Shown piece after piece: positions 1 to 9,400 of a stretch of DNA of 61,833 nt. Under the pieces are notes generated by a model that worked only from the letters and a program-made list of their open reading frames with translations, did no database searches and was not told the DNA's origin. Origin of the DNA: Eubacterium sp. (GTDB lineage Bacteria; Bacillota; Clostridia; Lachnospirales; Lachnospiraceae); the NCBI GenBank assembly GCA_017540125.1, contig JAFYBS010000009.1, positions 1-61,833 on the forward strand. The letters run 5' to 3'. Made by a program: the position numbers and the translations under genes. Within the stretch, counting starts at the first letter, position 1, and each line of letters opens with the position of its first letter.

Positions 1-111
1 CCTGCTTCGTTGCCTTCACTTGCCGATGCCACCGCATCGACGCGTTCAGGCGCCTTGCAGGATGGAGAAAACATCCTGCGTAAATGGTCCAGGTATTTAA
101 TGTCAGCAGCA

Positions 112-2691
112 CTAGGTCCGCGGCACTTCCACCATCTTGTAGCACTCAACCTGATCCAGTTCTTCGATGTCATTGAAGCCGTCAAAGACAAGACCGCACT
201 CGTAACCGGCGTTGACTTCCTTCACATCATCCTTGAAACGCTTCAGCGATGCCAACGCACCTTCAAATATCTGCTCGCCCTCACGGGAAATACGAACCGA
301 GCATCCTCTCTCGATGGTTCCGTCAAGCACATAGGAACCGGCAATCGTACCCACACCGGAGGCTTTGAAAAGCTGCCGGATTTCGGCATGCGCGATAACA
401 CGCTCCTCGTAGATCGGCTCCAGCATTCCCTTCATCGAACGCTCGACATCCTCGATGGCGTCGTAGATGACCGAATACGTACGTACATCGACATTCTCCC
501 GCTCTGCCGTATCCTTTGCCTGATTGTCCATTCGCACGTTGAAACCGATGATGATAGCGTTGGACGCGCTGGCCAGAGAGATATCGGATTCGGTGATGGT
601 TCCTACACCGCCGTGGATAACACGAACCGCCACTTCCTCGTTCGAAAGCTTGACGAGACTCTGTTTGATGGCTTCCACAGATCCCTGCACATCGGCCTTG
701 ATGATAAGTCCGAGTTCCTTGATGTTTCCGGCCTGGATCTGATCGAACAGTCCATCCAGTGACAGCTTCTTCGCTTTGGTATCCTCGATCAGCTTGTCCT
801 TGCCCTGAGCGATATAAGCCTGGGCAATCTGTTTTGCTTCTTTATCATTTTCCTTCACAACGAAGATCTCACCGGCATCCGGCACTCCGTTCAATCCGAG
901 AATCTCCACCGGCGTGGACGGCTTCGCGGATTTCACGCGCTCGCCCTTGTGGTCGATCATCGCTCTGACTTTACCGTAAGCCGGTCCGACCGCGATATGG
1001 TCTCCGATATTCAGCGTACCCTTCTGTACCAGAACCGTAGCCACCGGTCCGCGACCCTTGTCCAGCTGTGCCTCGATGACAACAGCTCTGGCATCACGCT
1101 TCGGATTAGCCTTCAGCTCGAGCACATCGGCCGTCAGAACGATCATCTCCAGCAGGTTCTCAATACCTTCTTTGGTATGCGCGGAAACCGGACAGAATAC
1201 GGTCTGTCCCCCCCACTCTTCCGGCACCAGCTCGTACTCGGAAAGCTCTTTTTTCACGCGCTCGATATTCGCGCCTTCTTTATCAATCTTGTTAACAGCG
1301 ACGATGATCTCTACACCGGCCGCCTTGGCATGGTTGATCGCCTCGATGGTCTGAGGCATCACACCGTCATCCGCAGCTACCACCAGTACGGCGATATCTG
1401 TTGACTGGGCTCCACGCATACGCATGGAAGTAAATGCCTCGTGTCCCGGTGTATCCAAGAACGTGATCTTCTGTCCGTTGATCCGTACCACATACGCACC
1501 GATATGCTGGGTGATTCCACCGGCCTCGTGCTCTGTGACATCCGTCTGACGGATCGCATCCAAAAGGGATGTCTTTCCGTGATCGACATGTCCCATGACA
1601 CACACTACCGGAGGACGTTTCTTCATCTTGGATTCGTCCTCTTCCTCCTCCTTCAGGAGCTCGGCCACGATATCGACCTTCTCCTCCAGTTCGACGAGGA
1701 TATCGTATTCCAGAGCGATCTCCTCGGCTTCTTCGTAGGAGATGTCCTGGTTCTGGGTCACCATACGACCCTGCATAAACAGCTTCTTTACCAGCGCGGA
1801 GGCCGGCATTTTCATCCTGTCCGCAAGCTCACGGATCGTGAGAACCTCGGGGATTTTGATGCTGTGGATATCATCCTCCGGTTTCTGCTCAACCTGCTTC
1901 GGCCGGATGAATGCTCCGGCACGGTTCGGATCCTTTCTCGCTCTGTCACGACGGATTTCCTCTTCGGAAGCCTTGTGATATCCGCCGCCTCCTTTGCCGT
2001 AATCATTTTTCTTATTCTTTCCGCGACGGTTTCCTCTGGAATCCGGCTTCCCGCCTCCGTCAAAGGACGGAGTTGCTCCGCCTCCTCCGAATCGTGAACT
2101 GTTGTCACGACCACCGTCTCTTCCGCGACCTCCCCGGCCGCCGTCACGATCCGAACGTCCTCTGCCGCCGTCTCTGCCACGTCCGTCCCGACTGTCTCCG
2201 CCGGAACGTCTTCTTCCGTCACCTCTCAGGTCAGCGCCGCCGTCACTGTGATAAGCGCGGGTCTGATGTCTCACTCCGGTGGAAGCCACTTTGGTTTCGG
2301 TCTCCTTCGGTTTCTGTTCGGCTTTGGGAGCCTTCTCCGGCTTCTCTGCCTTCGGAGTTTCTACTGCCGGACTCTTCGGTGTTTTCGCTGCCTTCGGTTC
2401 CGCAGCAGGTGCTTCTTCGGCCTCCTTCTTCGGAGCCTTCTTCGGCTTGCTGACTTCTTTTTTGATCTCCTCGGCCGCCTGCGTCTGCTTCGGTTCATTT
2501 CCCTCAAAAGGAATTGCTCCGCTCATAAAAGACTTCATCAGGAAGGGGATTGCTTCGCCCTCGATACTGGACTGCGCACTCTTCGCCTCATAGCCGTTGG
2601 CATTGAGAAACGCCACCAGATCCGAACTCTTTATTTTTTTATTCTGTTGCTGCATACTGCGAGCAATCTCATAGATCCTCATTTTAGCCAT
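112..2691 (-). CDS. infB: Translation initiation factor IF-2
   Basis: [13 protein letters not shown] and NKID GTPase motifs; IF-2 C-terminus ([16 protein letters not shown]); long low-complexity N-terminal region. Confidence 0.99.
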   Translation of the reverse strand: MAKMRIYEIARSMQQQNKKIKSSDLVAFLNANGYEAKSAQSSIEGEAIPFLMKSFMSGAIPFEGNEPKQTQAAEEIKKEVSKPKKAPKKEAEEAPAAEPKAAKTPKSPAVETPKAEKPEKAPKAEQKPKETETKVASTGVRHQTRAYHSDGGADLRGDGRRRSGGDSRDGRGRDGGRGRSDRDGGRGGRGRDGGRDNSSRFGGGGATPSFDGGGKPDSRGNRRGKNKKNDYGKGGGGYHKASEEEIRRDRARKDPNRAGAFIRPKQVEQKPEDDIHSIKIPEVLTIRELADRMKMPASALVKKLFMQGRMVTQNQDISYEEAEEIALEYDILVELEEKVDIVAELLKEEEEDESKMKKRPPVVCVMGHVDHGKTSLLDAIRQTDVTEHEAGGITQHIGAYVVRINGQKITFLDTPGHEAFTSMRMRGAQSTDIAVLVVAADDGVMPQTIEAINHAKAAGVEIIVAVNKIDKEGANIERVKKELSEYELVPEEWGGQTVFCPVSAHTKEGIENLLEMIVLTADVLELKANPKRDARAVVIEAQLDKGRGPVATVLVQKGTLNIGDHIAVGPAYGKVRAMIDHKGERVKSAKPSTPVEILGLNGVPDAGEIFVVKENDKEAKQIAQAYIAQGKDKLIEDTKAKKLSLDGLFDQIQAGNIKELGLIIKADVQGSVEAIKQSLVKLSNEEVAVRVIHGGVGTITESDISLASASNAIIIGFNVRMDNQAKDTAERENVDVRTYSVIYDAIEDVERSMKGMLEPIYEERVIAHAEIRQLFKASGVGTIAGSYVLDGTIERGCSVRISREGEQIFEGALASLKRFKDDVKEVNAGYECGLVFDGFNDIEELDQVECYKMVEVPRT

Positions 2692-3022
2692 TGTTCATTC
2701 CTCCAATTCTTTTCCGGATCGATCCGGCGAACCCCCTGTCCAGAATTGCGATCGAAGCTCTTTCTCTCTTTCCGATCGACTGTCCCAGGGTTTCTTTATC
2801 ATAAACATAAAGTATCGGTACGCGGTAATACCTGCAGGAATCGGTGAACTTTTTTTTCGTTCCCTCCGACGCATCCATCGCGATGATCACCAACTCGGCT
2901 TTTCCGTCCCGGATGGCCTGCTCCGTCATGAACTCGCCGCTGACCAGCTTTCCCGCCCTCATGGCAAGTCCAATCGTCCCCAATACTTTATCGGGAATTT
3001 TCTTCTCTGTCTCCTCTTCCAA
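2684..3022 (-). CDS. ylxQ: L7Ae/L30e-family RNA-binding protein (YlxQ-like)
   Basis: [23 protein letters not shown] motif; position between ylxR and infB. Confidence 0.93.
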   Translation of the reverse strand: MEEETEKKIPDKVLGTIGLAMRAGKLVSGEFMTEQAIRDGKAELVIIAMDASEGTKKKFTDSCRYYRVPILYVYDKETLGQSIGKRERASIAILDRGFAGSIRKRIGGMNNG

Positions 3023-3272
3023 ACGCTTCCTCCAACCTGCGATAGCTGTTTTCCGAAATCTGTCTCCGGAACGCGCGGTTCAGTGCCCGCGTCCGGATCG
3101 CTTTTTCCAGGCAAACCGGGTTATCACAAAGATATGCTCCCCGCCCTGCCTTCACGCCTTTCCGGTCCGGAACAACCCCGTCATCCGTACAGACAATCCG
3201 CAGCAGATTTTCCTTCCTCTGTTTTACACGACAGCCGATGCAGGTACGCATCGGTTCTCTTTTTTCTGCCAT
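2988..3272 (-). CDS. ylxR: YlxR/RnpM family RNA-binding protein
   Basis: PMRTCIGCR..GRGAYLC motif; start moved to ATG at 3272. Confidence 0.93.
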   Translation of the reverse strand: MAEKREPMRTCIGCRVKQRKENLLRIVCTDDGVVPDRKGVKAGRGAYLCDNPVCLEKAIRTRALNRAFRRQISENSYRRLEEAFGRGDREENSR

Positions 3273-3316
3273 GATATCCCACCCATCTCCTGCCTGAAGC
3301 AAATTGGTGAACTGTA

Positions 3317-4417
3317 TCAGTAAGCCTGCGACTCACTTTTGATATCAATTTTATATTTGGTAAGTCTGGCCGCCAGTTTCGCGTTCAGGCCTTCTTTTCC
3401 GATCGCCAGCGACAACTGATAATCCGGTACGATCACCTCGGCCTTGCGCTCGTTCTCGTTTTCCTCGATATCCACGCGGACCACTTTCGAAGGACTCAGT
3501 GCGTTCTCGATAAAAATAGTGGGATCCTCACTCCACTCAACGATGTCGATTTTCTCTCCCCGAAGCTCATCGACAACCGCATTGACTCGCTCACCGTTCA
3601 TCCCGACACAGGCACCGACGGCGTCCACATCCGGATCGTAGCTGGTGACGGCAATCTTCGAACGAACTCCCGGCTCACGGGAAATACTCTTGATTTCCAC
3701 GATGCCGTCCTGAATCTCTGCCACTTCGTTTTGAAAAAGATGCTTTACAAATCCTTCATCACTACGGGAGATGATAACGCGGATCACACCCTTCGGAGTC
3801 TCGCGTACCCCTTTCACATAAACACGGATACGTTCATTCACCGAAAACTCCTCGCCCTCCACCTGTTCCTGCGGTGTGAGCAGTGCATCGATTTTTCCGA
3901 TATTGACGGTGTAAGCTCCGTTATTGTAACGCTGAACCACACCGGTGATGATACTGTGTTCCGTGGTCTCATACTGATTCTGGATGATCCGTTTCTCCTC
4001 TTCCCGGATTTTCTGAACCACCACCTGCTTAGCCTGCTGGGTCGCGATACGACCGAAGTTTTTCGGTGTCACTTCGATGGATACAACATCTCCGAGCTTG
4101 CTTTCCGGGAACTGCTCCGCCGCATCCGCTTCGGAAATCTCCTGAGAATCATCGGTCACCTCAGCTACCACCGTCTTCTCCATATAGACGTGGAATTCAC
4201 CGGTCTGACGGTTCATATCCACACGGACATTCTCAATACTCTTTTTGGAATCCGCGCCTTCTCCTTTGCCGAACTCTCTTTTACAAGCCATCACCAGAGA
4301 ACTCTCGATCGCCTCGAAAAGGGTTTCCTTGTCGATTTCCTTTTCTTTCGCAAGCTCCTCGATAGCCTTGATGAATTCACTGCTTGCATCCTGCGTTGTC
4401 TCTTTTTTCTTTGCCAT
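3317..4417 (-). CDS. nusA: Transcription termination/antitermination factor NusA
   Basis: FGRIATQQAKQV, S1 and KH domains (REPGVRSKIAV, SLAIGKEG). Confidence 0.99.
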   Translation of the reverse strand: MAKKKETTQDASSEFIKAIEELAKEKEIDKETLFEAIESSLVMACKREFGKGEGADSKKSIENVRVDMNRQTGEFHVYMEKTVVAEVTDDSQEISEADAAEQFPESKLGDVVSIEVTPKNFGRIATQQAKQVVVQKIREEEKRIIQNQYETTEHSIITGVVQRYNNGAYTVNIGKIDALLTPQEQVEGEEFSVNERIRVYVKGVRETPKGVIRVIISRSDEGFVKHLFQNEVAEIQDGIVEIKSISREPGVRSKIAVTSYDPDVDAVGACVGMNGERVNAVVDELRGEKIDIVEWSEDPTIFIENALSPSKVVRVDIEENENERKAEVIVPDYQLSLAIGKEGLNAKLAARLTKYKIDIKSESQAY

Positions 4418-4432
4418 GACTTTTTTCCTCCC

Positions 4433-4918
4433 TTAAAAATCAATCCACAGTCGTATGGACGATATATCCTTTCGGTTGAACACCATTTCGTTATCATCAA
4501 AACCGATCGTTACCCGATCCGATTCCTCGTCGTAATCCTTCAGGATTCCGACAAACTCTTTGGCCGATAGCTTCTTTCCCTTCTCCTCATACGTAACCGG
4601 TGCAAAAAGCTTGAACTCCACATCCTTTCCGATGTTTCCGGAAAAATGTGCCGGCTTTTTCAGCGCCCTGGTAATCCCCGGTGAACTGACCTCCAGCGTA
4701 TAAGACTCGGTGATAAAGTTTTTTTCCTCATCGATCCTTGCGCTCAACTCCCGGCAGACATCCGCGGTGTCATCACTGGTCACGCCGCCTTCTTTGTCAA
4801 TATAAACCCGAAGAACCTTCTGCCCGGATTCCGTGAGCATCTCGATATCATACAGTTCAAAACCGTACCGGTCGAGGATGGGCTGCACCAGTTCCTCGGT
4901 GCGATGGATGTAATCCAT
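4433..4918 (-). CDS. rimP: Ribosome maturation factor RimP
   Basis: LRVYIDKEGGV..YTLEVSSPG motif; GGAGG before ATG at 4918. Confidence 0.97.
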   Translation of the reverse strand: MDYIHRTEELVQPILDRYGFELYDIEMLTESGQKVLRVYIDKEGGVTSDDTADVCRELSARIDEEKNFITESYTLEVSSPGITRALKKPAHFSGNIGKDVEFKLFAPVTYEEKGKKLSAKEFVGILKDYDEESDRVTIGFDDNEMVFNRKDISSIRLWIDF

Positions 4919-4950
4919 GATCGCCTCCGAATTATTTTTTCTTCCAACAA

Positions 4951-4981
4951 GAATGAGTGGCCCGAAACAGGCCACTCATTC
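4951..4981 (-). promoter_or_regulatory. rimP-nusA-infB leader hairpin (probable attenuator)
   Basis: Perfect 12-bp stem GAATGAGTGGCC/GGCCACTCATTC with 7-nt loop between promoter and RBS; GAGTGG..CCACTC core recalled from rimP leaders. Confidence 0.75.
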
Positions 4982-5005
4982 AACAGTTACTAAACAACAT
5001 AAGTG

Positions 5006-5034
5006 ATATTATCACATAGTTTTGCTTTTGTCAA
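5006..5034 (-). promoter_or_regulatory. Sigma-A promoter of rimP operon
   Basis: TTGACA-17bp-TAATAT with extended -10 TG. Confidence 0.8.
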
Positions 5035-5098
5035 GCAAAAAATGCCTTTTTTTCGCTATTTTTTCGCATTTTTTTCGTTTTTTTGTGATAAAAATAAG

Positions 5099-6223
5099 TC
5101 ACTTTTGTAATGCTTGATAAATATCGTCTTCCTTCGGCGGACATCCGGGAATAAAATCCATATAATTCCGACAACAATTACCGATGCCGAATTCCCCTTT
5201 TTTATTTCGATGTCCCTGACCGATCGCGATAACGGGAAGCCTCTGCGGAGGCCATTTTCCCTCCTCCCGCAACCGGTTCACAGCCGCTGTAAGTGCCGCA
5301 AAACAGGCACTGCAGGAATTGCTTTCATCGATATCCACCGCTACGTCAAGCGTTTTTCTCTCCTTGGCAAACACGGCTTCATAGGGATTTATTTCCTCAC
5401 CGGAAAACTCCTTGACCGTTTCTCCTTTTTCATTCAGGATACGAACCGACGCCTGTTTCAGATCGGAGCATCCGCTCCCGAGCGCTTCCGCCATCTCCAC
5501 ATAGGGAACATCCCCCGTCGTCAATCCCAACAGTTTGCAGGCGTAGGCATCCACCAGCACCGGATCCTTTCCTGTCATGATACAGTCGGTACGAACCGGG
5601 TTCCCGCCCTCCTCGAAGGAAGGATCCCCGCAGATATGATCCACAACGATGAAATCCTGCCGGATCCCTCTTGACAGATGCGCGATGGGTTTATGTAGTC
5701 CGTTGGTATGGAACCGTCTTTTTTCGGAATTCGGGATCAGACCCTTCATATTTTTCAAAGCGCAGGTCATCTTCGTCTGACAGTGCCCCTTCAGAACCGG
5801 AACATTGATCATATAGTCTACGGTTTCCACACAGTCACAGAGTGTCAGCTCCATCCCGTCACAATTCACCGTATGAGAACTGTCCTTCTGTGTATCGATG
5901 AAAGTCACACCGTATTTTTCACACACGGTCCGGTATCCGCAATACTCATAGGCCTGCGAGGTCCGGTCTCCCACCCAAGATCCCTCCATGACAACGATGT
6001 CGGAAAACCCATTGTTTTGGAGATACATGAGGATCCCCTCCACGATTTCCGGGTGGGTGGTCGCGCCGTAATCAGCCGGTGTGGGAGTGACCAGATTCGG
6101 TTTGACGGCGATTCTCTTTTTCCTGTCCCCGATATCCTCCGATAATCCTGCGGCCGCAAGAAGCGTCACGGTCATCTCCACCGGATCCACTCCGTATCGA
6201 AGATAAATCTCGTTATTTTTCAT
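5099..6223 (-). CDS. DUF362 domain-containing putative Fe-S protein
   Basis: VKPNLV..TTHPE, INVPVLKGH..TCALKNMKG, DPVLVD motifs; C-terminal CSAC..GNCC..IPGCPP; start moved to ATG 6223 because the longer ORF overlaps the tRNA terminator. Confidence 0.85.
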   Translation of the reverse strand: MKNNEIYLRYGVDPVEMTVTLLAAAGLSEDIGDRKKRIAVKPNLVTPTPADYGATTHPEIVEGILMYLQNNGFSDIVVMEGSWVGDRTSQAYEYCGYRTVCEKYGVTFIDTQKDSSHTVNCDGMELTLCDCVETVDYMINVPVLKGHCQTKMTCALKNMKGLIPNSEKRRFHTNGLHKPIAHLSRGIRQDFIVVDHICGDPSFEEGGNPVRTDCIMTGKDPVLVDAYACKLLGLTTGDVPYVEMAEALGSGCSDLKQASVRILNEKGETVKEFSGEEINPYEAVFAKERKTLDVAVDIDESNSCSACFAALTAAVNRLREEGKWPPQRLPVIAIGQGHRNKKGEFGIGNCCRNYMDFIPGCPPKEDDIYQALQK

Positions 6224-6256
6224 GTTATTCCTATCCTCTTTGCTTTCGCGCGCATT

Positions 6257-6283
6257 AAAAAAGTGCCGAAGATTCGGCACTTT
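6257..6283 (-). terminator. Intrinsic terminator after tRNA-Glu
   Basis: AAAGTGCCGAA-TC-TTCGGCACTTT followed by a T run on the minus strand. Confidence 0.8.
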
Positions 6284-6284
6284 C

Positions 6285-6356
6285 TAGTCCGTAGGGGAAT
6301 CGAACCCCTGTTTCTGCCGTGAGAGGGCAGCGTCTTAGCCGCTTGACCAACGGACC
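6285..6356 (-). tRNA. tRNA-Glu (anticodon CTC), CCA not encoded
   Basis: GGTCCGTTGGTCAAGCGGCTAAGACGCTGCC-CTCTCAC-GGCAGAAACAGGGGTTCGATTCCCCTACGGACTA forms a cloverleaf with a TTCGA T-loop. Confidence 0.97.
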
Positions 6357-6371
6357 ATCACAACGAAGGTC

Positions 6372-6400
6372 ATTATACTATACCTTCGTTGAAAAAGCAA
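6372..6400 (-). promoter_or_regulatory. Sigma-A promoter of tRNA-Glu
   Basis: TTGCTT-17bp-TATAAT with AT-rich upstream sequence. Confidence 0.75.
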
Positions 6401-6427
6401 GTATTTTTTTGAAAAAAAATGTGCCGA

Positions 6428-9400
6428 CTACATAAAATCCAACAAAGACATCTGGTCATCCAACGGAATATCCCCCAGAATTCCCAGTTCTCTCAGCTTC
6501 TCCACCGAGTTCTGCGTCACATGGGTCCGGTCCTTGAAGTTTTTGCAGGAACTGAACGGTCCGTCCTTCACCGCATCGGCGATGGAGTCCGCCGCGGCTT
6601 CCGCCACCCCGTTGATGCTGATCAGCGAAGGCATCAGCCGTCCGTCCTCCGTCAGGGTAAACCGTCTGGGCTCCGCCTCCTCCAACACGATCGGTGCAAA
6701 ATCATAACCTCTCGCATACATTTCCTGAACAATCTTCATATCCGCAAAGGCATCCTCTTCTTTTTTCTGCAGCTTGACGGACGGATCCTTGGATTTTGAA
6801 CGTTCCTCGTATTCCTTCATCTTCGCCTCCAGCGCCGCCTGTCCCTGACACATCAGTTCGTAGTCAAACGCTTTGGCACGGATGGAAAAATAAGCGGCAT
6901 AGTAAGCCAGGGGATGATACACCTTGAACCACGCGATACGAAATGCCATCATGACATAAGCTACCGCATGCGCCTTCGGAAACATGTATTTAATCTTCGA
7001 GCAGGACTCAGCATACCATTCCGGAACTCCGCACTCCAGCATGGTTGCCTTCCACTCTTCCCATTTTTCTACCTTACCCTTCGCCACCAGCCCTTTCCGG
7101 ACCTTCTCCATGATGTCGAAGGCCAGTCCCTTCTCCACACCGGCATAGATCAGATAGGTCATAATATCATCTCTGGTACAGATGGCCGACGACAGCGTAC
7201 AGTCTCCGTTTTTGATATAATACTGGGCGTTGTTCAGCCATACGTCCGTACCGTGTGACAATCCGGATATCCGTACCAGATCGGAAAAATTCTTCGGATG
7301 GGTATCCCGGAGCATCTGCATGACAAACTCGGTTCCCATCTCCGGAATTCCCAGGCATCCGAGATCCGTTCCCATCAGGTCGGAGGGTTCCACTCCCAAT
7401 GCCTGTGTTCCGGCAAAAAGGGACAGCACCTTCTCATCGTCCAGAGGGATTTTCAGCGCATCCACTTCGGTGATATCCTCCAGCATACGGATCATGGTGG
7501 GATCGTCGTGCCCGAGGATGTCCAGCTTGAGAAGGTTGTTATCGATCTTATGATAATCATAATGCGTCGTGATGATAGGGATGTCTTTGTTCGCCGGATG
7601 CTGGATCGGCGTAAAGACATTGATATCCCACCCCAGAGGAAGAACGACGATTCCGCCCGGGTGCTGTCCGGTAGAGTTTTTCACACCGGCCACCCCTTCC
7701 ATCAGGCGCTCAATCTCCTCGGGACGTTTGTGGATCTGTTTTTCACTGAAAAAGTTTTTCACATAACCGAACGCGGTTTTATCCGCGATCGTACCCACGG
7801 TTCCGGCACGGTAGGTCTGTCCGTCACCGAAGATAACCTCTGTATAGGCGTGTGCTTTCGCCTGGTATTCACCGGAGAAATTCAAATCGATATCCGGCTC
7901 TTTGTTTCCGTAGAATCCTAAAAATGTCTCGAACGGAATATCATGTCCGTCCCGGGTCAGCGGTGTTCCGCAGACGGGACAATTTTTCGGTGGCATATCG
8001 TAGCCGGAGCTGCCGGAAAACGCTTTGACTTCTTCCGAGTCAAAGTCAGAATAATGACAGGATTCGCAGTAGTAATGAGCCGGCAGAGGATTGACCTCCG
8101 TGATACCCGCCATCGTCGCCACGAAGGAGGACCCAACGGATCCACGGGACCCGACGAGATAACCATCCTCGTTGGACTTCCATACCAGTTTCTGCGCGAT
8201 GATATACATCACGGCAAAGCCGTTGGAGATAATGGAGTTCAGCTCCCTCTCCAATCGTTCTTCAACCACCTCCGGCAAATCCTCACCATACATCTGGTGC
8301 GCTTTTCGATAGCAGATCTCGCGAAGCTGTTTATCCGAATCAGGAATAACCGGAGCACATTTATCCGGAAAAACCGGAGAGATCACTTCGATCCGGTCGG
8401 CGATACGGTTGGTATTGGTCACCACTACTTCCAGCGCCTTCTCCCGTCCGAGATAGGAAAACTCTTCCAGCATCTCCTCCGTGGTACGCAGGAACAAAGG
8501 TGGCTGCTGCTCATCGGTAATCTTTTTCCCGGCCAACAGAATCTCCCGGTAAATCGCATCCTCGGGATCGAGAAAATGAACATCGCAGGTAGCACATACC
8601 GGCTTCCCCAGTTTATCTCCCAAAGCCACGATCTGACGGTTGATCTCCCGCAGATCCTCGTAGGAATTGATTCTCTCATAGGACTCCCGGTGCTTGGCAT
8701 TCTCAATCATGAACGCGTTGTTTTCCACCGGCTGAACTTCCAAATAGTCGTAAAATGAAGCGATCTCCTCAATCCTGTTTTCATCTCTGTCATCCAGGAT
8801 GGCCTGATATAACTCACCGGCTTCACAGGCTGAACCGACAATCAGTCCCTCCCGAAAATCATCGAGTTCGCTTTTTGGCACACGCGGTCTCCGGTTAAAA
8901 TACTTCAGGTGCGAATCCGAGATCAACCGGTACAGATTGACTCTTCCCACCTCGTTGCAGGCCAGTACGATGGCATGGTACATCGGCCGGCGTCTGGTGA
9001 TTTCCGGTGCCCGATGGGTTCTCTCATACAGTCCGTGAAGATCGGTGATGCCCTCCTTCTCCAGGATCCGGATCATTTTTACAAAAATCTGAGCCGTCGC
9101 CTCGGCATCCTCGACAGCACGGTGATGGTTCTCCAGAGATATTTTCATTTTCTTGGCTACGGCATCCAGTGTTGCCTTTCCCATATCCGGGAACAGCACT
9201 CTGGCGATTCCCACCGTGTCCACTACGGTATAAAACGTTTCCGCACCCAGCTCTGCCGCCTTCGCCTTGATAAAACCATGATCAAAAGCCGCATTATGTG
9301 CCACCAGGATACTTCCGTCGCAAAATCGCATAAAATCCGGAAGGATACTGCTGATATCCGGCGCTCCCGCCACCATCTCATCCGTGATTTTCGTCAATTC

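Noticed and set aside
5099-6356. Integrative element at tRNA-Glu
   Set aside because: No integrase, no duplicated tRNA 3' end, and only one gene before rimP
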